Position numbers and translations under genes: made by a program. From Tubiluchus corallicola (taxonomy: Eukaryota > Animalia > Priapulida), in contig JAQGDQ010001965.1 of the NCBI GenBank assembly GCA_030141605.1, forward strand, positions 1-19,133: a DNA stretch of 19,133 nt, in the 5' to 3' direction. Of the stretch, positions 1 to 11,282 are shown in pieces. Each line of letters starts with the position of its first letter. Positions within the stretch are counted from its first letter, which is position 1. The notes beneath the pieces were generated by a model. It did not search any database. It was not told where the DNA came from and saw only the letters and a list, made by a program, of their open reading frames with translations.

Positions 1-17
1 ATTATTATTAATATTAA

Positions 18-111
<94 letters not shown>

Positions 112-130
112 GTTGTTGTTATTATTATTA
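1..130. repeat. (ATT)n microsatellite
   Basis: Read directly from the sequence. Confidence 0.95.
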
Positions 131-260
131 ATGTGCTGGAGTGGTAATATATGGGTGGTGTGGTGGGTGGTGGGGAATAGTGAGGGTGGTGTGGTGTGGG
201 TTTTTAAAGTGTGATTTTTTGTGCAAACTTCTTTTTGCAGCGTTTGGTTATTTATTTCTA

Positions 261-527
261 TTGTCGTTGTTGTTTGTTGTTGTTGTTGTTGTTGTCGTCG
301 TCGTCGTCATTGTCATCGTCATCATCGTCGTCGTCATCGTCGTCGTCGTCATCATCATCATTAGCATTGTCATTGTCATTGTCATTGTCATTGTCATTGT
401 CATTGTCATTGTCATTGTCATTGTCATTGTCATTGTCATTGTCACTGTCATTGTCACTGTCATTGTCATTGTCATTGTCATTGTCATTGTCATTGCCATT
501 GTCATTGTCATTGTCGTCATTGTCATT
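261..527. repeat. Compound (GTT)/(GTC)/(CAT)/(ATTGTC)n microsatellite
   Basis: Read directly from the sequence. Confidence 0.95.
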
Positions 528-706
528 ATATTATATTATTATCAATAATTCTATTATTATTTATAATAATCGTTTTATTATTACTGCAATTATCATTATC
601 AATATAAAAAATCACAAACTAAATAATTCAGTAAAACATCAGACGTCACGGTGGGTCATCTACTGTCCAGTAGCACGTCTCTAATCATGACCTTCTCTTA
701 CATCAG

Positions 707-885
707 CTGTTGGGCGGACGTTGGACGTCTTCAAGGACCTCAGTATGTGGTTCTTCAACAATCCAGCTGCATGGATTTTGGTACCACGGTTCATGAACTG
801 ATGCACGCTTTGGGGTTTTACCATGAACATCAGCGCTATGATCAGGAGACGTATGTTACTGTCGTGTGGGAGAACATTTGGCCAG
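707..885 (+). CDS. Astacin-family (M12A) zinc metalloprotease, internal coding exon containing the zinc-binding motif
   Basis: Acceptor ttctcttacatcAG (705-706) and donor CCAG|GTAAGA (886). Translates (x)CWADVGRLQGPQYVVLQQSSCMDFGTTVHELMHALGFYHEHQRYDQETYVTVVWENIWP, containing the astacin signature HExxHxxGxxHExxRxD (792-842). Upstream exons lie outside the window. Confidence 0.95.
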
Positions 886-964
886 GTAAGAATCATAAAA
901 CTCTGGACGATGACGATGACGACACTCCTACTAACATTTATAGAAAGCAAGTATTGAGAACAGC

Positions 965-1220
965 AATGACGACGACGACAAAAATGATGATGATGATGAT
1001 GATGATGGTAATGACCATGACAACATCAATGAGGGTGATTTTGCAATTTCAGAATAGTTGATTTCCTGCTAGTACTGTTCTGTATAATGACGATGACGAC
1101 GACGACGACGATGATGGCGACGGTGATGATGATGATGATGACAATGGCGATGATGATGGTGACGATGATGATGAAGATGATGATGATGATGATGATGATG
1201 GTAATGATGATGATGATGAC

Positions 1221-1258
<38 letters not shown>

Positions 1259-1305
1259 CGATGATGATGATTATGAGGATGGTGATGATGATGACGATGA
1301 TAATA

Positions 1306-1370
<65 letters not shown>

Positions 1371-1391
1371 AATGATGATGATAATGATGAT
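965..1391. repeat. (GAT/GAC)n microsatellite tracts in the astacin intron
   Basis: Read directly; explains the poly-M and poly-H ORFs. Confidence 0.95.
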
Positions 1392-2424
1392 ACAAACGGT
1401 AGTGTTGCAGTCTGTAAGGGAACTTTTCGAACGATTAGGTTATTCTTGAACGTCTTGGCTGATTGCCAGCGCGTAGTATCGTACTGTAGTAGCAACAACC
1501 CTCAGCCGATTGCGACATAGCAGCGCCATCTTTTGGTAATAAAAATGGTAAAATTAAATTCCTCAGAACGTGATTATTAAGTACCCCTTGTGTACGCCTA
1601 CTGTCCAAAATTACCAGCCTTATTAATATCTCCATGAAAGCAAATGTTGTCTTTTTTCCATCATATAAACAATACAATTTTTTAATAAAAAATGTAAATA
1701 ATTTGTGAAAAGTTTGCAAGGTTTCGTGAAATATTTTAGCCGCTTTCAAATTACCTCAATCTGAAGTAATTCATGTACAGGGCGTCCGAAAAATCTGTTT
1801 GCAATTTTGAAAATATACGGAAATAGATTTTCAAAAAAAAGTTAGTCGAGGTTATTATGAGGCGTTGGTTGCGTTTTTGAAAAAATGCCCTGCCATATTC
1901 CTCGTCTTTGTACGAAACACAAGTGGATTTATACATGGTGGTAATAAGTTAAAATGTTTCATCAATTGGTAAAATGTGTCTGACTCACCCTCCAAGGTGC
2001 GCCACTTACTAACCAAAAACGTATTTTTAATCTTATTGACAAAATACAGTAATTTTACTCAGTTAGTACTATGTGTGCTATGATTATTTTTTCAAACTTC
2101 ACAAAATGTTATCAAAACTTGTTCCAAACGACCTGCCATCAAAATGGCTGCGCCTAAATATTATCGCGGGTGTTTAAATTTACACGTTTTGTACAGCGTT
2201 ACTGCCAATGCAAGCCCTGCTTGAAAAAACGTAGTATGTGAGTGGTGTAAAATTTCGAGTTGTTAAGCTTGGTGTATGTGGAGGTTTTCTTGTGCTTGAA
2301 TGTCTTTTAAACCGTTGAAAGCACCTAAATGAATGTTTCTTACTTAGCAAAACTGTTATCTGTTCTGTAGTATTGTTTGTACTTGTCATATTTTTAATGT
2401 ATCTTTATTTACACAATACATACA

Positions 2425-2500
2425 TGTGTGTGTGTGTATTTGTGTGTGTGTGTGTTTGTGTTTGTGTGTGTGCGCGCGTGCGTGCGTGCGTGCGTGTGTG

Positions 2501-2531
<31 letters not shown>

Positions 2532-2895
2532 TTGTGTGTGTGCGTGTGTGTGTTTGTGTGTGTGTGTATTGTATAAATAAAGATTGTACATCATCGTCAA
2601 CCTGATTTAAATTTTTTGTATATATTATATATGAATGTGTATGCTTATGTTTATTTATGCATGTGTATATATATATGTGTGTTTATTTATGCATGTATAT
2701 ATATATATATATATATATTCTATACATGCACAAATGAACATATATATATGTATATACACACATATATATGCATAAATAAACATTCGCACGCACGCACACG
2801 CACACGCACACGCACGCACACGCACGCACACGCACACCCACACACACACACCCACACACATACATGCAAAGATTTTTATACATATATATATATAA
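2425..2895. repeat. (GT)n, (AT)n and (CA/CGCA)n microsatellites in the astacin intron
   Basis: Read directly from the sequence. Confidence 0.9.
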
Positions 2896-3070
2896 ACATG
2901 CATAAAATATGTGTGTATATCTTGTATAAATAAGGATTTATCATTATCATCGTGTTAATGTCAATTTTTTTGGTTTTTGCCATAAACTCAAGGAAACAAT
3001 GTTATAGTGAGATTGTTCAATTTTGCTTCCATTTCTTGTAAAATCCTGCATATTTTTGCCTTTTTTTCAG

Positions 3071-3288
3071 ATAAGCAAATCAATTTCGATGCCCTCGGTC
3101 CAGACTTGGCATCAACGCTCGGACTATCGTACGACTACGACAGCATCATGCATTACGGAGCATACGAGCATGCCATTGACGACACTCAACCCACGCTGGT
3201 ACCCACTGACCCTTCAGCAGAAATTGGACAAAGAAATGGTCTCAGCGACCTGGACATGAAGAAGTTGAACACTTGGTACGGTTGTTGA
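3071..3288 (+). CDS. Astacin-family metalloprotease, terminal coding exon with the Met-turn
   Basis: Polypyrimidine acceptor tttttttcAG (3069-3070). The phase-1 junction G885+AT gives ...ENIWP-D-KQINFDAL... in frame. Contains YDYDSIMHYG (SxMHY Met-turn, 3142-3156), IGQRNGLSDLD and a terminal YGC followed by TGA at 3286-3288. Confidence 0.95.
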
Positions 3289-3459
3289 ACGCAGGCGACT
3301 TCTGGTGGCAGGAAAGGAAAGCAATCCACGAATTTTGAGTAAAAAGAAATTTAATCTAGGTCTAGGTTTGTCAATCATACAGGCACTTCAAACCATTTAT
3401 TATTAAAACAACACAACTTTTTATTAAACTTTTAATTCACAACTGTTCAAAAAACATGT

Positions 3460-3502
3460 CTGTAAACGGTTCGCCTGCCAACTGCAGTCATCATCCGTGG
3501 TA
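3460..3502 (-). ncRNA. Decayed hammerhead ribozyme motif of the PLE
   Basis: Minus strand reads TACCA-CGGATGA-T-GACTGC-agttg-GCAGGC-GAAC-CG-TT. The core carries substitutions (CUGAUGA>CGGAUGA, GAAA>GAAC), so it is probably inactive. Confidence 0.6.
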
Positions 3503-3706
3503 AATTTACAAACATACAACCAGTTTACGTAGGCAGAGCCCATTGTGCACTAATTACGTATTTACAAAAAGCCAAATAGGTGATGATTAAGCAGACCAGT
3601 AAAGAAATTGATACAGTAAATTATGCACTAATTATGTATTTACAAAAGCCAAATAGGTAATGATTAAGCAGACCTGTAGAAAATAAATTGATGCAGTAAC
3701 AAATAG

Positions 3707-3799
3707 CTAAGTGTTTGAAAATAAAGTTAAAGGAATTGAACAACTTTGTACATTAAGAGAAAGCTTATTAGGGTACATAGATAAACTTTCTTTTATTAA
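3707..3799 (-). pseudogene. PLE GIY-YIG endonuclease C-terminal remnant
   Basis: Translates LIKESLSMYPNKLSLNVQSCSIPLTLFSNT*, matching the tail at 11468-11560 and retaining the conserved E and N positions. Confidence 0.8.
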
Positions 3800-3856
3800 T
3801 GAAATATCCTATTATATAAATACCTAATAAATACCCTATTAATGGAATGCACTAGC

Positions 3857-3916
3857 AAACCTTCTCTTAATGTACAAAGCACTTCAATTCATTTAACTTT
3901 ATTTTCAAACACTTAG
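3857..3916 (+). pseudogene. PLE GIY-YIG endonuclease extreme C-terminal remnant
   Basis: Translates KPSLNVQSTSIHLTLFSNT*, the same tail as the other two copies. Confidence 0.75.
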
Positions 3917-4060
3917 CTATTTGTTATTGAATCCATTTCTTCGGGTCTGTTTATTCATGACACATTTGGTTTCCTTGCAAATACATAATTAGTGCATAAT
4001 TTTCTGTACTGTAAACTCAGCACATATAGCTGGTTGTTTATTTTTATACGCATGTCACTG

Positions 4061-4733
4061 ATTTAAACATCAAAGGTAGAATTAAGCAGTTAATCAGTAC
4101 AATAGATTACAACAAAATACAAAGTTAAAGCTTAGAAAAAATTATAAAATTGATCATTTAGTTATTATTATTATTATATATATATATATTATTATTATTA
4201 ATATTACTTATTATTATTATTATTATATTATATATATATCTAATATTATCCTATATATATATATTATATATATATATATATATATAAATATAAATAAATA
4301 TATAAATAATCATTACATTATATACATATATATTATTATATATATAAATTATATTATATTTATATATATAATTATTTATATATATAAATATAATATATAT
4401 TTATATATTATAAATAATTATATATATATAAATAATATATAATTATTTATATATTATTATATATATATATATATTATATATAATATATATATATATATTA
4501 TATATATATATATATATGAGTGAGATATTACTTATTTTTTTCAATCTGTTTATTGATAAAAAAATATATACAAGAAAAGCCCCTCTATTTGCAGACGAAA
4601 CTTACATAATTAAAATGTTAAGTACTTTTTAAAATTGCAGCATTTAAACATCAAATGTTTAGTTAAGCAGTTAATTAGTACAATGGAATGCAAGACAAAT
4701 TTAAAGCTAAGAAAAAATGATAAAACTGATCAT
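4061..4733 (+). repeat. Diverged ~95-bp direct repeat pair (4061-4156 and 4642-4733) flanking an AT-rich simple-repeat tract
   Basis: atttaaacatcaaa.gt....ttaagcagttaat.agtacaat...ttaaagct.agaaaaaat.ataaaa.tgatcat is present twice. Confidence 0.75.
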
Positions 4734-4929
4734 ATGGGATGCAGATGACAGACAGTCAAAGTCCGCTGGTATCAGAGTTAGTTTACCTGGTAATTTACAT
4801 AGAAATCTACAAGTTTAAGCTAATTTAGTAGAGATTGGAAAATGTTAAGATGAATTCATCATGAACAAGTTTTACGAATGTAGTAAGTAAGTTTGAGATT
4901 CTGTCAGCAAGAGGAGAGCTAAGGGAAGT

Positions 4930-4961
4930 GAAAAAGAAGAAGAAGAAAGAGAGGAAGAGAA

Positions 4962-4992
<31 letters not shown>

Positions 4993-5033
4993 AAAAGAGA
5001 GAGAGAGAGAGAGAGAGGGGGGAGAGAGAGGGT

Positions 5034-5074
<41 letters not shown>

Positions 5075-5113
5075 CGAGGAAGAGAGAGAGAGAGGGGGAA
5101 GAGAGAGAGGGTT

Positions 5114-5151
<38 letters not shown>

Positions 5152-5232
5152 GGCGACGAAGAGAGAGAGAGAGGGCGAGAGAGAGAGAGAGAAGGAGAGA
5201 GAGAGAGAGAGAGGGGGAAAAAGGAGGGAAAA
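4930..5232. repeat. (GA)n polypurine tract
   Basis: Read directly from the sequence. Confidence 0.95.
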
Positions 5233-5605
5233 GAATAACGCTTGAATGCTTCCTACACGCTTCTTTAGATGGCGCCACTGGGGTTGATGTTGCAGAGTAC
5301 GTCGCAATAAATCTGCAAAGACTCATAGAGTGCGGTGGTGACATCTGTTGGTGAATGTTGTAAGTAATTTCGGGAATCTGTCAGTACAGAGCTCACTAAT
5401 ATTGTTATATCTAGATATAATGAGATGTAATTTCTAGATATTGTTAATAAGAAATGATATAGTATATACGAAATACGAAATAGCGAAATAGGAGCATGTA
5501 CGTAATAATATTTTACATTTTAGGTGTGTAAGTCTCCCTTGCAAATAAAGGGGCTTTTAATGTATAATTATATTTACTTTTATCAATAAACAGACTTATT
5601 CATAT

Positions 5606-5680
<75 letters not shown>

Positions 5681-5740
5681 CACGATGACGATGACGATGA
5701 TGCTGACGATGACGATGACGGTGACAATGACAATCATAAT
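5606..5740. repeat. Compound (AAC)/(AAT)/(GATGAC)n microsatellite
   Basis: Read directly from the sequence. Confidence 0.93.
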
Positions 5741-5746
5741 ATCATT

Positions 5747-5835
5747 AATTATCACTGCAGTTTGTAGTCGAAACGTTTGGGGAGACATGTTTTTTAAACA
5801 GTTGCAATTAAAATTTTAATAAAAGTTGTGTTGTG
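5747..5835 (+). mobile_element. Detached 3' terminus of the same PLE family, with the 3' half of the hammerhead
   Basis: ACTGCA-gtt-TGTAGT-C-GAAA-CG-TT-TGG, followed by gacatgttttttaaacagttg...aataaaagttgtgttgt, which is the near reverse complement of 3408-3460. The CUGAUGA core is absent. Confidence 0.75.
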
Positions 5836-5942
5836 CTAAAACTATATTTTTTTTAAGTTTGGCAGTAGTATTAAAAGAGTCTTCGAAATAGCAAGGTTTG
5901 GACTATAAACGGAAGATTTTCTAGTGCATGTGCTGTTACTTA

Positions 5943-6246
5943 AAGCATGAAATCTATGTTGTTGTTACGTAGTAAGCATGAAATCTATGTTGTTGTTACG
6001 TAGTAAGCATGAAATCTATGTTGTTGTTACTTAAAGCATGAAATCTATGTTGTTGTTACGTAGTAAGCATGAAATCAATGTTGTTGTTACGTAGTAAGCA
6101 TGAAATCTATGTTGTTGTTACTTAAAGCATGAAATCTATGTTGTTGTTACGTAGTAAGCATGAAATCAATGTTGTTGTCACGTAGTAAGCATGAAATCTA
6201 TGTTGTTGTTACTTAAAGCATGAAATCTATGTTGTTGTTACGCAGT
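5943..6246. repeat. Minisatellite of 10 units (31/31/29 bp) with a 91-bp higher-order period
   Basis: Unit aagcatgaaatctatgttgttgttac followed by gtagt (31 bp) or tta (29 bp). The 29-bp variant is every third unit (3, 6, 9) and a caat variant occurs in units 5 and 8. Confidence 0.95.
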
Positions 6247-6750
6247 AAAAATGATGTTATTTCTATGGGTAGCAATATTTTTGATTTTCTCAAATAACAC
6301 ATAAATGCACATTTGTCGCAATGGCGGTTCGTGTATAGGTACTGTGGACCTATTATCACTCGATACTATCGATAATATTCAACATAAAAAGTCTTTTACT
6401 TTAGTTCTGTCTTTATACTTGTATGGTCCAGAGCACGTGAGGGTAGTACTGTTTGCTTCACAACCCAGCACAGTGCGTTCCAGCAATGCCGTGCTTGGCT
6501 CTTGTGCGCATGCGGCAATGCTCACATTTCTAAGCCTAGGTAGAAAAAGTACTGTCGTTCACGCAGTTTGTTGTGAAACAAATGTGGTTCAGACTTTTCA
6601 TCCATTGTTTCTTAGAACACTAGACCACACAGTCCCTTGTCACTAAGACACAAATGCCGAAGTCAATCGCAGAAGTCGCCAAACCAGTGCAATATTTTCA
6701 AGTGTTAAAGAAAGAAAAATTAAACGATAAAAAGACAAGAAAGGAAAGAA

Positions 6751-6794
6751 TGTAGAACGTTTCGAACCACAACTCTAGTTCTCCTTCGGGTAAA
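6751..6794 (-). ncRNA. Degenerate hammerhead-like motif, probably from a different PLE family
   Basis: Minus strand reads CCGAAGG-A-GAACTA-gagttg-TGGTTC-GAAA-CG-TT. It has a 6-bp stem II and the same GAAACGTT palindrome, but two core substitutions and a poor stem I. Confidence 0.4.
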
Positions 6795-7505
6795 GAAAGT
6801 GTTAATACAGCAAAACACGAAAGTTCTTTGCATAAGGTGTTTCTGCAGTCTTTATTATCTAAATAAGCAGAAAAAAACAAAAAATACATAAAATTTGCAG
6901 TAATGCAATTTGAACAAAAACTACAGAAATTTGAACAAAAAAATTACACAGAAAATTGCTATCTAATTAATAAACTTAGATTTACAAAAATCACGGTACT
7001 TCATTCGGCTAGAGAGAGCACACTGTTTATGGTTTATGAAGCATGACATTAAATTTCTCATATAAAAATTGCATTATCCACAATTACAAGTAAGTCTCTG
7101 CAATGACCAATTGAGTCTGCCAGCAATTGCCCACTTGTCCCTTTAGTTATTGGCTCCCTCATGCGGGAAAAATAAAAAACATGTTATATGGGTAATTGGG
7201 TAATTTGCCCGTAACGCAAAGTAAGACAAAATACAGCAAAAATGAAAAGGAATTATCAGAATTACTAAACTATTTTTTGTGAGTTTTTAATTTTTATCAT
7301 TAACATAAAAAGGATAGCACATTGACAAAAGCAATAGAAGAACGTAGAAAAAGCAAGAAAAATAGTGAAATAATGAATAAAGACACAAAAGAAAAACACA
7401 GATGTATAAAATTACTATTTCCCAGTGTTAATTTACTTATGTTAAGTTTAAATCAAAACCCAGTCTTATCAGATCTAGTCAAATCAAATCAGGACCCAAT
7501 CTTAC

Positions 7506-7891
7506 ACTGTACGTAAAACCAATCTCTGTTGTTGTTGGCATCCTTCTGTCTCGGAAGACAATGGAATGTACGCCAACGCCAAGAGAGGCTTATCCTTGAA
7601 CGTCTCCAGGGCGCACGCAGTTGCCCAGACAACAGGAACCCCCTCTCTTCCTCCCTGGTGTAGTTCAAAGGAAAGCGGAGCGATACGTTTGGCACCAGGT
7701 TGGCTGCAGGAGCTGCCGGAGTCAGTGAGCATGCTGCACTGGTCCGCCTTCCGGGCTCCACCCCTGATTTGGAAGGTTTACTCCTCTACACATGGCCGTT
7801 GGGTCACTTGACCTCCTCCGTCCTCTAGCCGTGGGCTGCTTGTGCAGCTCCTCCGCCTAGTGTCGATATACAGTGTGGGCATCCCGCAAAC
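7506..7891 (-). other. GC-rich exon-like block of unknown product (non-coding or disrupted coding)
   Basis: Bounded by acceptor gtttttgtgctgtAG (7893-7892) and donor GTAAGA (7505-7500). It is preceded by a 71-bp AT-rich GTAAGT...TAG intron-like segment (7962-7892). Stops occur in all three frames, but only one in the frame of ATG 7882. Confidence 0.4.
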
Positions 7892-8350
7892 CTACAGCAC
7901 AAAAACAATCTACTATTTAAAATATAGAAAGGCAACATACTATTTTTTTCAAAATGACTTACGTGAAACAATTATTACCAGACAAACACAATTTCACGTT
8001 CGCGTCACTAGTTCTTCAAAGTTACACGCATTTCGCCATTCGATAATTAGACGGGCACTAGCGTCTGCATTTCGGAACGATTTGCACAAAAAACAGGTGC
8101 TGTACTTCTGAGTTCAGATGTGTCAGTTTGTGACGAACTACATGCGTTCGACAGCTCGTACGTGAGTACAGAGGTAAATTTAAAATGTGAATTTTTATCG
8201 TAAAACTTGCCTAGTTTTAGTACAACACACTTAATATCTTACAGTAGCACTGTACTTCAATTTTCACTTTCGGAATCACACGCAACACGCTCGTGGAATA
8301 TTTTTACTGTTGAAAATTATGTTCGTTTGTGATGTCTTCAGTAGTTCGCT

Positions 8351-8487
8351 TCGCCCGACTTTAATTAAGTTTTTAATCTACTGTTTAATTATCAGAAAAG
8401 CTTTTACAGTATTAATTGTATTAAAATGTAGACTTTTTATCGAACCTGAAAATGGTGTAGTGTATGAAAAATCATCCTGTCTTCATT
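8351..8487 (+). repeat. Dispersed repeat, copy 1 (homologue at 15205-15345)
   Basis: tcgcccg...taagtttttaatcta...ttaatta.cagaaa.gcttttac.gtattaa...actttttatc...tgaaaat...atgaa.aatcatcc.gtctt is shared with 15205-15345. Confidence 0.8.
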
Positions 8488-9395
8488 TAAAACAAATAAT
8501 ACACGTAATTTCCAATAGGATCGCAACTGTCAGCCCTAATATTGATTTATGACCTAATACGAGTACCCTGGTGGTTTAAACAACAACTAAATTATCGATT
8601 TTTATTTAAGCACTTTGAAATAATTTTAATTTTAAGTATTTAATAACAAAATTTTCTCTTTTCACAACGCTCACCGCCTATTTTACACTTCTCTTACAAA
8701 ATTAATAAATTCTATTCAAAAAGTTTATTGCTCCTGTTTTAAACTATGGCAAGTGTTGTTCCTCTTGGGAGGTCAAACCTACCAGACAATATATAGGCAA
8801 TATATTACACGGTAGTTTCCTGTTTTATGGGTAAATAATGTATTTTTTTCATGTCGTGGAAATAAAGTGAATCGAATTTAAATGAAGTAACGAAGATTGG
8901 ACCGGTTTATGCAGCTATTCTGGGCAACTTTGCCTTGAGCTATGACACGAAATCCTTACTAACTGAGTTATTTATGACTTTTGATGATTTGAAACAGTCT
9001 GATGCCGTGACTATGTGAATTTTCAAACATTTTGGCGTCTCGTGTCTTAAACTGCTGGAGATAATGCTTCATGAAACAATGCACTGGGTTGTGGGCCTCA
9101 ATGGTCTGGATTTCGGACTGCAACCGCGCAGATTTGAGTTCGAGACTAGCGGCTGCCAACGTCAGGACGTATACTCTGCTTGTTATTCATTGTTTATCTG
9201 TGCATTGTTGTTTGAATAGTAAATAAATGTTGTTTTTGGTTTCTTTTGCACTAACATCTGTTTTAATTTCAGTAAATACTTAAGAAATATATATATATAT
9301 ACCATTAATCAATTATTATATCTAATTATAAACTACATATATATATATATATATTGTTGCATGATCACGTTAATGATCTAGCTTTCATTCTACAT

Positions 9396-10306
<911 letters not shown>

Positions 10307-10689
10307 CTTAAGTTTCTACAAGGCCCGGCTTAGCCTGAGGCTTGCAGGGTTTTTAACCTTTATAATAATAAACGAATCACTTATGAGGAAGCGAAAGTCG
10401 TCGCAGCGAAGCGTGAACGATCTTTTATCCGAGGTTTGTCCAAATTTCTGCTGTTTAACGCTTTAGAAAACTCGTGCACGTGTGTGTAAGTGGTGCTGGT
10501 ATGAAAAGTTCCGCATTGAAAACAGGGCAAAAGAAATATTGAAGAAACAGTTGGTAGGGGAGAATTTTATGGTGAAAGCCTCATGTATTCTATGGTGAAT
10601 GCACTTGTGGATTTAAACCCATAAAACCCTGGAGGTAAATCTCTGTGTTGGTAGAGCCAAGATCATCTGAAGAGGTAAATCTGCTTTCA

Positions 10690-11023
10690 TTATTTATTTA
10701 TTTGTTTATTTATTTATTTATTTATATATTTATTTATTTATTTATTTATTTATTTGTTTATTTATTTACTTACTTATTTGTTTATTTATTTATTCATTCA
10801 TTCATTCATTCATTCATTCATTCATTCATTCATTCATTCATTCATTCATTCATTCATTCATTCATTCATTCATTCATTCATTCATTCATTCATTTATTTG
10901 TTTATTTATTTATTCATTCATTCATTCATTCATTCATTCATTCATTCATTCATTCATTCATTCATTCATTCATTCATTCATTCATTCATTCATTTATTTA
11001 TTTATTTGTTTGTTTATTTATTT
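10690..11023. repeat. Compound (TTTA)/(TTCA)n microsatellite
   Basis: Read directly from the sequence. Confidence 0.96.
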
Positions 11024-11165
11024 GTTAAACTTAATTTGTATTTATTGCAATCAAGCATACAACTGAAACATCTTAAGATTTTCTATAGTTATAAGACCTT
11101 CTAGTTAAGAAAACAACGCAGGTTTGTTAAAACTTTTACTTTACAAAGTTAAAAAGTTACAACCG

Positions 11166-11208
11166 TGTCAAACGTTTCGACTAGCTACTGTTGTCATCAT
11201 CAGTGGTA
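11166..11208 (-). ncRNA. Hammerhead ribozyme motif (type I, minimal) with intact core but weakened stems
   Basis: Minus strand reads TACCA-CTGATGA-T-GAC-aacagtagcta-GTC-GAAA-CG-TT-TGACA. Stem I has two mismatches and stem II is only about 3 bp. Confidence 0.7.
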
Positions 11209-11282
11209 AATTTACAAACATACAACCAGCTTATAGAGGCAGAGCCTCTTATGCACTAATTAAGTAGTTAACAGTAATTGCT

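Larger units (their letters stand above)
3405..4062. mobile_element. Degenerate, 5'-truncated Penelope-like retroelement in a fold-back arrangement (two 3' ends pointing outward)
   Basis: The minus arm 3405-3799 and plus arm 3857-~4062 are reverse-complement homologues of each other and match the 3' part of the element at 11127-12738. Both encode the GIY-YIG C-terminal tail. The minus arm has two 80-bp-family units and a decayed hammerhead motif; the plus arm has one unit. Confidence 0.85.

Noticed and set aside
886-1061. Read-through of the astacin ORF (GKNHKTLDDDD...MMM)
   Set aside because: Similarity to astacin ends at a canonical GTAAGA donor at 886; the remainder is intronic simple repeat.
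1400-2210. Possible DNA transposon/MITE with TTAA-like ends in the astacin intron
   Set aside because: I could not establish matching terminal inverted repeats or a target-site duplication by eye.
6305-6646. 113-aa ORF with a central TGCGCATGCG palindrome and short inverted repeats
   Set aside because: No recognisable protein motif or splice structure; the inverted match is too short to call an element.
9000-9272. GC-richer block followed by a CACTAAC branch point and an AG acceptor
   Set aside because: The donor is weak (GTATAC), no recognisable ORF is present and no exon-like sequence follows the acceptor.
10380-10399. CTTATGA-G-gaag-C-GAAAGTC as a minimal hammerhead
   Set aside because: The essential G5 is replaced, stem II is a single pair and there is no convincing stem I; likely chance.
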